Positions 25,148 through 37,359 of a stretch of DNA of 64,000 nucleotides are shown here, one piece after another (within the stretch, counting starts at the first letter, position 1; every line of letters starts with the position of its first letter). The notes beneath the pieces were generated by a model. The model did no database searches and was not told the DNA's origin. It saw only the letters and a program-made list of their open reading frames with translations. The stretch is from Eledone cirrhosa (Eukaryota): contig OZ024755.1 of NCBI GenBank assembly GCA_964016885.1, forward strand, positions 29,884,001 through 29,948,000, read 5' to 3'. A program made the position numbers and the translations under genes.

Positions 25148-25390
25148 CACACAACACACACACATACATACATACATACATACATACATACATGTTATAT
25201 GTATATTTATAAATCCGTGATATGGATGTAAAGAGTAATATAGTGAAGACGGGTATATACCCGATGTATACTACAGACAGTATTTCCATCAGGATACCCA
25301 ATTCTTCGTGGAAGTTACACAGATCCCTTCAAAACGGATATCTTTACAAGGAGAAAAATCGTAAGTTATTTTCGTACTCTATAAAAATAT

Positions 25391-25580
25391 AATTGTTTCC
25401 ACTTTTGGCACAAGGCAGGCAATTTTTCCCAGTGCATTACTGGTACTTTATTTTATCGACCCCTCCGTAAGGATGAAAGGCAATGTTAACCTCGGCGGGA
25501 TTTGAACTCAGACCGTAAAGGGCCGTAACTCTTTGATGCTAAGCATGGCGTCCGACCCTCTACCGATGCTGCCAATCCAA
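25391..25580 (-). mobile_element. SINE family 1, full length, with an 18-bp target-site duplication
   Basis: cgtactctataaaaatat at 25373-25390 and 25581-25598. Confidence 0.92.
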
Positions 25581-25609
25581 CGTACTCTATAAAAATATGT
25601 CTCCTACAT

Positions 25610-25859
25610 TCTTTCGTCTTCTTTGCCCACCACCTGTTCGTGAGAGGCTCATGGGGGCAGAGTCCTCAAACACTCCTTCCAGCAGGCCCTGTCAGAAGCA
25701 ACCGTCTCCAACTGATCCGGCTGAATCTCCAAGCGTGACCAGCTAAGCTCATGGATGTTATCCAACCATCTTGCTCTGGGTCTACCCCTGGGTCTCGTGT
25801 CAGTTGGTTTTTGCCAATGAAATCTGTCCAGCGATTCTTTCCTGAGGCATTCTAACCAT
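25610..25859 (-). pseudogene. 3' end of an RTE-clade LINE
   Basis: Minus-strand translation MVRMPQERIAGQI...TRPRGRPRARWLDNIHELSW...ASDRACWKE..LPP*. Confidence 0.8.
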
Positions 25860-25861
25860 TC

Positions 25862-27052
25862 TAAAGAGCGTAGCTCGGAGATCAGAGAGTCACTCCGGGT
25901 AGAGCTGCTACTTCTCCGAATTGAGAGATCACAGCTCCCATACTATGAGCATGTGGTTAGAATGTCTCAGGAAAGAATCACTGGAGAGTCACTCCAGGTA
26001 GAGCCACTACTTCTCCGAATTGAGAGATCACAGCTCCCATACTATGAACATGTGGTTAGAATGTCTCAGGAAAGAATCACTGGAGAGTCACTCCAGGTAG
26101 AGCCACTACTTCTCCGAATTGAGAGATCACAGCTCCCATACTATGAGCATGTGGTTAGAATGTCTCAGGAAAGAATCACTGGAGAGTCACTCCAGGTAGA
26201 GCCACTACTTCTCCGAATTGAGAGATCACAGCTCCCATACTATGAGCATGTGGTTATGTCTCAGGAAAGAATCACTGGAGAGTCACTCCAGGTAGAGCCA
26301 CTACTTCTCCGAATTGAGAGATCACAGCTCCTATACTATGAGCATGTGGTTAGAATGTCTCAGGAAAGAATCACTGGAGAGTCACTTCAGGTAGAGCCAC
26401 TACTTCTCCGAATTGAGAGATCACAGCTCCCATACTATGAGCATGTGGTTAGAATGTCTCGGGAAAGATTCACTGGAGAGTCACTCCAGGTAGAGCCACT
26501 ACTTCTCCGAATTGAGAGATCACAGCTCCCATACTATGAGCATGTGGTTAGAATGTCTCGGGAAAGATTCACTGGAGAGTCACTCCAGGTAGAGCCACTA
26601 CTTCTCCGAATTGAGAGATCACAGCTCCCATACTATGAGCATGTGGTTAGAATGTCTCAGGAAAGAATCACTGGAGAGTCACTCCAGGTAGAGCCACTAC
26701 TTCTCCGAATTGAGAGATCACAGCTCCCATACTATGAGCATGTGGTTATAATGTCTCGGGAAAGAATCACTGGAGAGTCACTCCAGGTAGAGCCACTACT
26801 TCTCCGAATTGAGAGATCACAGCTCCCATACTATGAGCATGTGGTTAGAATGTCTCAGGAAAGAATCACTGGAGAGTCACTCCAGGTAGAGCTGCTACTT
26901 CTCCGAATTGAGAGATCACAGCTCCCATACTATGAGCATGTGGTTAGAATGTCTCAGGAAAGATTCACTGGAGAGTCACTCCAGGTAGAGCCACTACTTC
27001 TCCGAATTGAGAGATCACAGCTCCCATACTATGAGCATGTGGTTAGAATGTC
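25862..27052 (+). repeat. 93-bp minisatellite (~12.5 copies) derived from an RTE ORF; in-frame 31-aa repeat ORF 25953-27074
   Basis: The unit encodes ESLQVEPLLLRIERSQLPYYEHVVRMSQERITG, matching the RTE fragment at 28235-28423 (-). Confidence 0.92.
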
Positions 27053-27420
27053 TACCGCATCCAGTACAGTTTAATTGGTAAAGTCTCATCGGGATGTCGG
27101 ATAAGATACTTGGTGAGGCATTTAGTTACGGCTCTTTATAAGAACTGTGGAAATATTAGAACGTTCTTACGGGGTCGATGAAATAAAGTACCAGTAACGT
27201 ACTGGGGTTGATTTAATCGACTTTCCCCACCCCCAAAATTGTTGGCCTTGTGTCTAAATCAGAAACTTATTCATTGTAACTGTTTTTACTTTAGGCACAA
27301 AGCCAGCAATTTGAAGGAGTGGGGGAAAGTCCTTTGAGGACGAACAACACACCCAGGAGCTGGACATATCGATGACTTAACAGGGTAGAACCCATTACAA
27401 CATCATGTTTTCCTGTTTTT

Positions 27421-27478
27421 TCCGCCTGATGAGGCCACAGCCAATAATGGCTGTCACTGAAATATGTATAACAGCGAA
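27421..27478 (+). ncRNA. Hammerhead-like motif, cleavage triplet degenerate
   Basis: tccgc-CTGATGA-ggccacagcca(ataa)tggctgtcact-GAAA-tatgtataa-ca-gcgaa. Confidence 0.55.
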
Positions 27479-27529
27479 TTGGGATAAACGAAGCTAACTT
27501 TAACATTTTTGACTTATACTTATTATTTT

Positions 27530-27709
27530 TGGCAGTATCGGTAGAGGGTTGGACGCCATGCTTTGCTGCATAGAGTTACGTCCCTTTACAGTCTGAGTTC
27601 AAATCCCGCCGTGGTTAACTTTGCCTTTCATCCTTACGGGGTCGATAAAATAAAGTACCAGTAATGTACTGAGTAATTGCTGGCCTTGTGCCTAAAGTAG
27701 AAACAATTA
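27530..27709 (+). mobile_element. SINE family 1
   Basis: A box, B box and 3' body all present. Confidence 0.9.
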
Positions 27710-27846
27710 TTTTATTATATATATATATATATGCCCCAGCATGGCCTCAGCCGGATGGCTGAAACAGGTAAAAGAGTAAAATATATATACATACACATTA
27801 TATATATATATATATACATATATATACATACATACACACATATATA

Positions 27847-27972
27847 CAGGGTGGCCCAAAAGTCGCAATACATAGGAAATTTTTAAGATTCCCTATTTAT
27901 TTATTTAGAATAAATTGTTTCTTATAAAACATAATTATTTTTTTTATGTATCGCGACTTTTGGGCTATCCTG
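27847..27972. mobile_element. 126-bp Tc1/mariner-type MITE
   Basis: TIRs CAGGGTGGCCCAAAAGTCGCAATACATA / TATGTATCGCGACTTTTGGGCTATCCTG, preceded by TA. Confidence 0.8.
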
Positions 27973-27998
27973 TGTGTGTGGGTGTGTGGTGTGGTGTG

Positions 27999-28060
<62 letters not shown>

Positions 28061-28239
28061 GTTTTAGTAGTGTAGAGATTACAGTTAATTATACATATTT
28101 GTATTAAACTATGATTCTTTAAGATTTAGTAATGCACCTCTCTCAGCTGCCTAGTTGATTCTGATTATACTCAATATATCTAATAGAATACCATCTGCTG
28201 TGGTGTTATAAAATAGTACTTTGTGATGCTTACATCACA

Positions 28240-28410
28240 ATAGTACTTTGTGAGACATGCTAGCCACATGCCCACAATATTGGAGCTGTGATCTCTCAAT
28301 TTGGAGAAATAGCGGCTCTACTTGGAGTGACTCTCTGATCTCCGATCTACACACTTTATGGAGTAACGTTACTCCAAAAACCCTTCGGAGAACTCCCATT
28401 TCAGACACTA
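28240..28410 (-). pseudogene. RTE-clade LINE fragment
   Basis: SEMGVLRRVFGVTLLHKVCRSEIRESLQVEPLFLQIERSQLQYCGHVASM. Confidence 0.75.
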
Positions 28411-28779
28411 AGTTCCCCAACAAAATATTAGGATTAGATCGATTAAACTGGAATACACCACTCGTGTTACAAAACCTGCATCATTTGTGCTAAAATTCAA
28501 AATAACAGTAATTTTTAATTGTTTTTGTTTTCTATATTGTCATTAGGACCCCGTCCGATATGTCTGCCCTTACATCGACACGAGTACCCCATCAGGATTC
28601 AACAAGTGGAGTTTGCCGATGATTATGATATTAACGACATTGAAAGGTATGGAAAAACATATGTATATATGAATACATAGACACACACACACACACACAT
28701 ACGTAACTATCCATCACTATGCGCGCGTACGTGCGCGTGTGTATATACACACACACACACATATATATATGGAACAAAG

Positions 28780-28900
28780 ATGGAATCGAAAATGCAACTG
28801 GAGTCTTTTTAAGAATATTTATTTGTTTCCCTTACCGGTTTCACAGTTCTTATGCTTTTCAAAAGTAGAATTGAGATGGAGGTTCGTAGTTTTTCTCGCA
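28780..28900 (-). mobile_element. Element family F with a U3-A8 variant hammerhead (~28829-28866)
   Basis: Reverse complement: actt-TTGAAAA-gcat(aagaa)ctgt-GAAA-ccgg-TA-aggg; homologous to 62865-63000 (+). Confidence 0.6.
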
Positions 28901-29023
28901 TATATATATATATGTGTGTGTGTGTGAATAAATGAAGTAATTCCGTCGGAAAAGTCCAGGAAAAAAGAGTGCTCTATGTAGGTAACAGAGCTTAATAGTT
29001 ATGTAATAAACAACATAAGGCAA

Positions 29024-29089
29024 TTATTCCATTTACCAGTGGTTTCTTAAAAGCAAAAAATGTTGCTTTCAATCCTCAGAATGAAAAAA
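29024..29089 (-). ncRNA. Canonical type I hammerhead motif (family A, in palindrome 28996-29192)
   Basis: Reverse complement: tttcatt-CTGAGGA-ttgaaagcaa(..)ttgcttttaa-GAAA-cc(act)gg-TA-aatggaa; 10-bp stem II and 7-bp stem I. Confidence 0.85.
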
Positions 29090-29448
29090 AATCCAGGATT
29101 TTTTCATTTTGAGCATTGAAAGCAAAATTTTTTGCTTTTAAGAAACCACTGGTAAATGGAATAATTGCCTTATGTTGTTTATTACATAACTATATATATA
29201 TATATATATATAATCAATTATGTAATAAACAACACAATATTCTATTACAAATATTCCCCTCCCTCAAAATTGCTGGCCTTGTGCCTATATAGGAAACCAT
29301 TATTATCACCTCACTTTGACAACAAATATCTATCATTTTGTGGTAAAGACCATCTATGTTGTAGTTAGTATCACCTCACTTTGGTTAACTTTCAATGACT
29401 GGTGGAAAACGACATTATAAACGCTAACACAAATATCTGAGGTGATAA

Positions 29449-29636
29449 TAATTGTTTCTACTTTCGGCACAAGGCCAGCAATTACCCAGTGCTTTACTGG
29501 TACTTTATTTTATCGACCCCGTAAGGATGAAAGGCAAAGTCAACCTCGGCGGGATTTGAACTCAGATCATAAAGGGACGTAACTATGCTGGAAAGCATGG
29601 CGTCCGACCCTCTACCGATACTGCCAATCCACCGCC
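29449..29636 (-). mobile_element. SINE family 1 with target-site duplication aggtgataata
   Basis: Direct repeat at 29440-29450 and 29641-29651. Confidence 0.9.
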
Positions 29637-30159
29637 TAAAAGGTGATAATAATAAGCACAATAACACACAAGGCTCCCATAATCCCAGCCTTCTGTTTAC
29701 AATGACAACTTAAATGAGGTAAACTTCATCATTGATTTATATCTCCCTGGTGAAGGTATTCATGTATTTTCCACTCATTTCGCATTTAATCCACATTTTA
29801 GCTTTTTTTAAATATACTCAAGAAAAGAAAGTTCCTACTGTCCACAGCTCTTCAGACGTTGCCACCTTACACAATACTCCAGGGTTTACAAAGTTTACAA
29901 AGATTGTGTATGCTCCAAACCAAAAACCAAAGAATTTTGTTTACTCAGAAGCTCTTAATTTCCTTCGAAATATCGAATTTGTCTCCTCTCAAAAAAAAGT
30001 GATACATTTTGTATTTTCATTTTTTTTTTATTATTTTTGCATTAAGAATTCACAATTGATTTCATCATGTACCTCAATTGAAGTATAATATGGGATTTAG
30101 AATAATTAAATACTATATTACATGTCTTGCTTTCTTCTTCTAATGTATAAGGACAACAT

Positions 30160-30193
30160 TCATTCCCGGGTAACGTAGGGTACCTCTGCTAGT
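30160..30193 (+). mobile_element. Probable Helitron 3' terminus
   Basis: GC-rich hairpin-like cccgggtaacgtaggg about 10 nt before CTAG-t. Confidence 0.5.
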
Positions 30194-30740
30194 ATATGTG
30201 TGTGTGTATCATCATCATCATCACCGTTTTACGTCTGTTCTTCCACACTAGCATGGGTTACATGGGTTGTCCTGTTGTGAGCAGTGTCAGGTCGGCTGAC
30301 CTTGTCTTGCTCGCGTGCGCGTGCGTGTGTGTGCGGCTCCCAAACGGTGGTTCCACACCTGTCCTTCCTTCATAGTGGTTTTATCCAGTAACGGGACCCA
30401 AAACTGTGGTAACGTTGTGAGATGGGATTTCCTGGCAATTCTTCACTCATGGATCATAATCCTTATACATCACATATCCATACCAACACAGTCTTTTCTC
30501 TTGCACACCGCTTCAGATTCCTCTTAAACCTGGTTTCTCCCTCAGTTTATCTTAGCTCTGCCTTCCTCACACATTTACATCCAGTGAAGTATGGTTACTT
30601 CATTTCTCTCCACCCTACACAGGTCCTCTACCGTCATTGCCCATGTTTCACTCCCATGCAGCATTGCACTTCAGACACAGGCGTCATTTTGTATGTGTGT
30701 TGAAATATTACAATGTTTGTTGCAAAAGTGAAAGTAAATA

Positions 30741-30998
30741 TTTATCAATCAGATATGACACAATGGGAGACAAAGTACAATTGACCAATCAGATATGACA
30801 CAATGTGAGACAAAGTACAATTGACCAATCAGATATGACACAATGTGAGACAAAGTACAATTGACCAATCAGATATGACACAATGTGAGACAAAGTACAA
30901 TTGACCAATCAGATATGACGGAATGTAAGACTGAATGTACAATTGACCAATCAGATATGACGGAATGTTGAAGATATGATTAACCAATCAGATATGAC
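30741..30998. repeat. 40-bp tandem repeat (~6-7 units), nearly all carrying CCAATCAG
   Basis: ttgaccaatcagatatgac at 30781, 30821, 30861, 30901 and 30943, with variants at ~30742 and ~30980. Confidence 0.9.
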
Positions 30999-31249
30999 GC
31001 GATGCGGAAAAGAAAGTAGGATTAACGAATCATATAATCATATACGGTACAATACAACAGTGGAAAGAATGGGATTACAAGGACCCCATTTCTTTCAAAA
31101 TAATATGATAAATGGCCCACTTACTTGCAGGGTGATCAAGGGGATTGGAACCCCTGATCAGGGTGTTGTGTTGTCATCCTCCTCCTCATGATGGTGTCAA
31201 AGGAATATATACATACCATATCTAGGCTGGATTCCCAGATTTTGAAGAA

Positions 31250-31645
31250 ATATTTTATTGAAAGGTGCAGGCATGGTTGTATGATTAAGGGTTAAATGCT
31301 TATAGTGTTCACGTTATTACCATGACACTCCATAGGCGGTGATGTAGTCTGCCAAAAGCACCAGTTGCCTTGGAAATACGATTAACAATCTCATCATCCA
31401 GGGATGCAGAGTGGTTCACCCTGCTGCCAAGTTAATTAAAGGAGCTCACATACTTCAAGTCCTTGCCATCAATAGTGAGAGGTGCAAGAAGATGCCCCTG
31501 ATCTGGCTACACCTGTTTAATGTCTCCTACATGTCTGAGGGATGGCTTTGGTTGATGTACTACCTCAGTCTTCTTGATGCTGATTGTTAGACCAAAAGCC
31601 TTATAGGTAAGTGAAAACCAGTTCATCATTTCTTGAGCCACTTTG
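31250..31645 (-). pseudogene. RTE-clade reverse-transcriptase fragment
   Basis: FGLTISIKKTEVVHQP, IDGKDLKYVSSFN, SLDDEIVNRISKATGAFGRL. Confidence 0.8.
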
Positions 31646-31659
31646 GGGGGGATGTTGTG

Positions 31660-31691
<32 letters not shown>

Positions 31692-32411
31692 TATAGTTTT
31701 CCAAGAGATGTCAATATGAATGGACCTGTTATTTTTATCTAAAGACTTTTTTTACAGTTCCAGCCCGCCCGTCTCTTCAATCTATCTTATTTCTCATTCT
31801 TTCTTCTAACGAAAGACAAGCGTCCGAAACGTTAAGACCCTCTTCCTGCTATTTCAAGCGTTAACCTAATATAACCCTTCCATATACTGTACCGATTGTG
31901 TTGTATATATATATATATATATATACATACATATACGCACATATATATATATAAAGTGAAATAAGATAACAAGGACAATTGGTTACTCCGTTACGTTTAT
32001 TGGTTGGTGACACGCGTTTCACCAACAAAATTGCCTCAAGTAACCTCGTCCAACCCATGTCAACATGGAAAAGCAAACACAGAAATGATAACCCTTATTC
32101 ATGATCATACCTGCACTTATAAAATATTTCAACAAGAGAAATGATAAAATTATTTGAACCAACAAAAATATTTTTGTTGTTTCATAAATACTTTTTAATC
32201 ATTTCCCTTAATTAGTAATAACAATCACAATAATACATAGAGTCAGTGAATTTTAATTATATTTAAAATACTGCTAATTATAATATATGTACTGATTTAC
32301 TTACTTAACCCTTTCATGGCAGTTTTTCTAATGGAATACACACTATTTCAATTAATTAATGAAGAATTTTGAGGAATTTACTAAAATTATTGATTATTTC
32401 ATTACTAAGAT

Positions 32412-32593
32412 AATTGTTTCTACTTTTGGCACAAGACCATCAATTACCCAGTACATTACTGGTACTTTATTTTATCGACCCCGTAAGGATGAAAGGCAAA
32501 GTTAACCTCGGCGGGATTTGAACTCAGACCGCAAAGGGACGTAACTATGCTGGAAAGCATGGCATCCAACCCTCTACCGATACTGCCAATCCA
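32412..32593 (-). mobile_element. SINE family 1
   Basis: Full body with A and B boxes. Confidence 0.9.
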
Positions 32594-35500
32594 CGATAAC
32601 TTAATCTAAGGTTCTTATATAAAATTATGTTAGGAGATTTTTATTTAAATTGAAAACCTTTAAAATAGGTGGTTTTATTTCATAAAACCAGAGCTAGTTT
32701 TGACCTGGTTGGTAACTAAAAGGTTAAAGGGTAACTAACCCTTTCATTATGATATTTTTAAATGAAAGACACTACTTATGGTTTACAAATAGTTTTGAAA
32801 ATAATCAGGAATTTGGAGAGATTTAGTAACAATTTTCATGTTAGGTTAGAGTTAAGGGCATCTGTTGTAGAAGCCATGTGAAACAAAGAACTGTTCAGTT
32901 CAGTCAAAGACATAGCAACCTCCCTAGTGCTGGTGCCACAATAAATTCTCCCAGTACACTCTGTAAAGTAGTTAGACATCAAATGGACACAGCATAGAGT
33001 AAAAAACCATTTAGTCTTGGTGTGGACATAAAAACATATCTGGATCCAAGTGGAGGGGGGCTATCTGATAAAGGTGGGCCAGAGAAGATTTGGGTGACAT
33101 GGGGAAAATTGATCTTTAGGAGAGTAACCTTACAAAGAAAAGACACAAATAGATGGAAGAAAGGGTATAGGTATTCGAAGATAGAATGAGCCAGATATTA
33201 TGGAAGCTGATCTCAGGAGAGTAAACCTCACAAAGGAAAGAAACAAATGTATGGAAGACATGGTAGAGGTATCCTGAGGCAGACCGAGCCAGATATTAGG
33301 GAAGCTGATCTCAGGAGGGTGAACTTCACAAGGAAAAGAAAAAAGTAGAAGGATGCTGTGGCAGAGGTCTTCCTTGGTAAACTTAGGCAAAAGGATCGAG
33401 AGGACACTTTTTGTCCCAATTGAGGACTTAACCTCTCTAGAGCTGATACTACAAAACAATGTGCCTATCACATTATGTAAAGAGCTTCAAAATCAAATGG
33501 CGTAGTGTAGAGTAGTCCCTTAAATCTTGTTGAGAATATAACGGTCTCCCTAGATTCATGTGGAAGGAAAATGTAGTAGAGGAAAGCCAAGACATGGGCA
33601 GAAATGGTAGAGAAGACCTGTTCAACCCACACTAGCGAATATGGAGAGACAAAAACAACCTATACCAAAATGCTGATAATAAGACATTAATTAGCAATAA
33701 TTAAAATATTTACAGACTCTTTGTATTATTGCAAAATTTTCCCCAAAATAATTAAAAATTCAATTTATAAATGTCATCTTTTCATTGCTTATAAATGTTT
33801 AATTTCAAAATATTAATTTAAACAAAACATTTTAAAAAGTGAACCCTTTTGTTACTGTATCTCTAATGAAGTTGGAGGGATTTACTAAAATTATTATTTC
33901 AATGTGATATTTGTGAAGTAATTTCAGGCTGCTCTTGAGCTCTACTGGTAACATAACCCAGTACGACACATCACATGGTCTGGTTATTGGTGACTAAACC
34001 AGCAAATTCTCCAAGCTTGCTTGGTGAGGACAATGATTTCTGAACACACTGCAGGATGAAAAACAAAACCCTTCAAAGGGTGGAGGAAATGAGGAGAGCC
34101 AATGGCCATTCAATAATGTAAAACAAAAAAAAAAACAGGCAGACGCAGCTTGTTAACTTTGGTAGGCAGTATGTTTAGGACATAGGCAACGAATTGGCAG
34201 AGTTGTTAAGACGTCGGATGGAATGCATTATGGTATTAGTCCTACCTCATTGCATGCGCTGAGTTCAAATCCCACAGGGTTCAATTTGCCTTTCATCCTT
34301 TCAATGTCAATAAAAAGAGTACCAGTACAGTACTGGGGTAGATTCTTCCTCTATAGAAAAAAAATCGGCTGTGTTCAGACCTGGAGAGGGTTGGGTTCTG
34401 CCAGGTTTAAAAACACCCTAGATATGCTATTTGACAGTGCCTCAACGACTTCACAAGGAGTTATGGGATCTTTATCCTTTAAGTCTAGGACAAGGATCAC
34501 TTATTTCAAACCCGCAGTAGGTAGGACTCTGTTGATAACTGGGTGACAACCTTTCAAGTGGCCAATGGCTTCATCCCTGTAAGGCAGATGAGCATCAGCT
34601 CAGTAGCTAGTTTCCAAGTAATGGACAGACGAGGGTTCGGGAGCCCCTGATAACACACTTTCCCCTGATAAGAGTTATGGACATACAATATCTAATAGAA
34701 TAATATTGGTGCTATTGTCATTGGTCCCTGACCCTCAGCAATGAAGGTGGGAAGAGACCAGACCATATGAGTTAAAGTGTTGGGATCACAATAATATTAT
34801 AGTGAGTTTGATCCCTGTACTGGGGCAGATGGTACATTTTGTCCTTGAGCAAGACACTTTATTTAATGTTGCTCCAGTCCACTTAACTGAGGGAGGAATG
34901 ACTTTCAACAAGACTTGTGCTAAGCTGTTTATATTATAATTAAAATTGGGGCCCTTAAAAATGAGTGGTCATAGTTTCACAGGGAAGCAGGTTGGTACCA
35001 AAAGGGTTTAAATAGTTAGTAATAACAACAACAGTTTTATTTTCTCTCATTTAATATTTTTCTTCTTTTTTAATAAATAGCAACAATATCAACAATAACA
35101 ATAACAATAACAAAAAGGTCCCAGGGTGGCATTATTAGTAAGGGTCTAGGGGTTAGTCAATGTAATCAACACAACTACAGGCAGTACTTGAATGGTCCTT
35201 TATTTTATTGGCCAATACATTCCATCCCAGTCCCTGAAGCTTTGATAAAGAACTAAATTGACAATGATTTTCTGAAATACACCATCTCATAATAATATTA
35301 ATTATAATTTCTGTTATATATATGAATATATATATAAATTTAAGTGGAAAAAAACTATCGGAATATAAGCCAGACAGACAAAATCAAGTTAGTCTAACTT
35401 ATATAAAGATCTCCCTACCATGGTTTCATTTGTGGAAGAAACAATTTATTGGAAATACCAATATTGGAAGAATCTGCAATACTCTTCAGGGGAGTTTATT

Positions 35501-36234
35501 CTTCAAAACTAAGAGACTATATTGATCATGAAATTATGCATACCGTTTCCATTGCTGAGGCAGCATGCTGTCCAAAACACGTTGTGTTGAACTATTAAAT
35601 GATTAAACCTCTCTATGGGACAGGCTTACAATGATGCTAGAAATAGCAACCAAAAAACCGCCTGATACAACTCGACAAATTAAGGAGTAGCTAATATTAA
35701 TTAAAGTAGAATACAAAGAAATTATTAGTGTTAGGGGTAAGTTGATTTAATCAACCCTGTTTTATCACTGTTGGTCACACAAAAGGGGGCAGATAGTCTA
35801 AATATGAATAGTTGATTACATTGACAACCACTTTGGGTGGAGATTGAAAACAAAACTAACAGGGATGTAACTTTATACATTGTATACCCTGCTAGCTTTG
35901 AACATATAAAAAGCAGACTTCCTACCTTTTCAACATATTTACTGGAAAGAAACAATGTAGTTATTGATAAGAAGAGTTGAAATTAATGCAAGATTTCACA
36001 GTTCTAGCATCACTCCTTCATAGTCAACCTATGAACATTTAAGCCAACCCTCATATATATATATATATATATATATATGGGACGAGCTGATAAACTCCGA
36101 CCTCACACACTTACACCTCTCCAAGACAATGTCACTGGACCGAGACCTTTGGCGGTACTCAGTAACAGAGAAGACCCGCCTTACCTAAATACATAGTAAA
36201 ACCTACTACGCCCAGTAGGCATCTCTAACAAAAT

Positions 36235-36277
<43 letters not shown>

Positions 36278-36430
36278 TCATTTATATATATATATGCAGA
36301 GGTTATATTTAATTTGTTGGGATTCAACAAGCTTAACAAATTTTTATAACTGATATAAAACACTCAATAAGTTAGTGGAGTAAATATACAATATATTAAT
36401 AAATGGAAACTATATTTATAAAACCATAAT

Positions 36431-36496
36431 TATTTTATTATATATATTTCAAGGGCAACCAAAGTAAATTATGGTGTGTTTTCATCAGATAAAATA
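36431..36496 (-). ncRNA. Type I minimal hammerhead motif (family B, left arm of a fold-back)
   Basis: Reverse complement: tattttat-CTGATGA-aaacacacca..tggttgccctt-GAAA-tatata-TA-ataaaata. Confidence 0.8.
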
Positions 36497-36574
36497 TATT
36501 TTATCCAGCGAATTTCAACCATTGAGGTTGTCTTTTTTCCGGGTATGTCAATATTTATTTATAAAACAAATCTG

Positions 36575-36640
36575 TATTTTATCTGATGAAAGCACACCCT
36601 AATATACCTTGGTTGCTCTTGAAATATATATAATAAAATA
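36575..36640 (+). ncRNA. Type I minimal hammerhead motif (family B, right arm)
   Basis: tattttat-CTGATGA-aagcacacc..ggttgctctt-GAAA-tatata-TA-ataaaata; perfect 8-bp stem I. Confidence 0.8.
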
Positions 36641-36822
36641 ATTATGGTTTTATAAATATAGTTTCCATTTATTAATATATATATATACACACACATATTG
36701 TTGTATTTTGGGAGGGTCATGCTGCCAATCAAAAACACATGCACCGGTTGGTTTTCACTCCAATTTATTACAAATATCTGGTTGATTAGTTAGTTCGATA
36801 ACTGGATAATTGTTTATATATT

Positions 36823-36865
36823 GTCAAAGCTCTTTCATCACACATTCTGTGACCTCATCAGTTGC
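36823..36865 (-). ncRNA. Minimal hammerhead motif (family D', left arm of palindrome 36696-37070)
   Basis: Reverse complement: CTGATGA-g-gtcaca(gaatg)tgtgat-GAAA-gagc-TT-tgac. Confidence 0.7.
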
Positions 36866-36908
36866 TGGGTTTTATTTTGTGTCCCTCCTTTGTTCTTTCC
36901 TACACCCA

Positions 36909-36950
36909 GTCACTGAGGAGGTACAGAATGTGTGATGAAAGTGCTTTGAC
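36909..36950 (+). ncRNA. Minimal hammerhead motif (family D', right arm)
   Basis: gtca-CTGAGGA-ggtaca(gaatg)tgtgat-GAAA-gtgc-TT-tgac. Confidence 0.65.
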
Positions 36951-37359
36951 AATATATAAACAACCCTCCGGTTATCGAACCAACCAATCAATTGGAAATT
37001 TATAATAAATTGACCAACAGGTGCGAGTGTTTCTTATTGCTAACATGACCCTCCCAAAGTATAACAATATCTGTTTCAAAACATGTTTTCTGATAAGAAA
37101 TCTTGCAAAACAATTCAAAAACGGGGGGGGGGGAGAAAGAGAGAGTGTGAGTGTGAGTGTGTGTGTGTGTGTGTGTATACACACACCTGCCAGACAGTCC
37201 CATAGGAACGAGACAACCAATCTTGCCTCAAGTGGGACAACTCCTGTCTAAACCCATGCTAGCGTGGAAGATAGACGTTAAACGATGATGATGATATATA
37301 TATATGTGTGTGTGTGTGTTTTACATGAAGCGGACTAAAAAAAAAGAAGCCATAAATAT

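Noticed and set aside
25862-27052. CRISPR-like array
   Set aside because: Units are wholly repeated with no unique spacers, they derive from an RTE ORF, and the context is eukaryotic.
27530-27610. tRNA gene
   Set aside because: A and B boxes are present, but there is no cloverleaf and the sequence continues into a multi-copy SINE body.
29830-29862. CTGAAGA on the minus strand as an HHR
   Set aside because: It is followed by GAAC rather than GAAA and has no stem I.
36236-36276. ~41-nt poly-C run as a G-quadruplex element
   Set aside because: Homopolymer length is unreliable and there is no supporting context.
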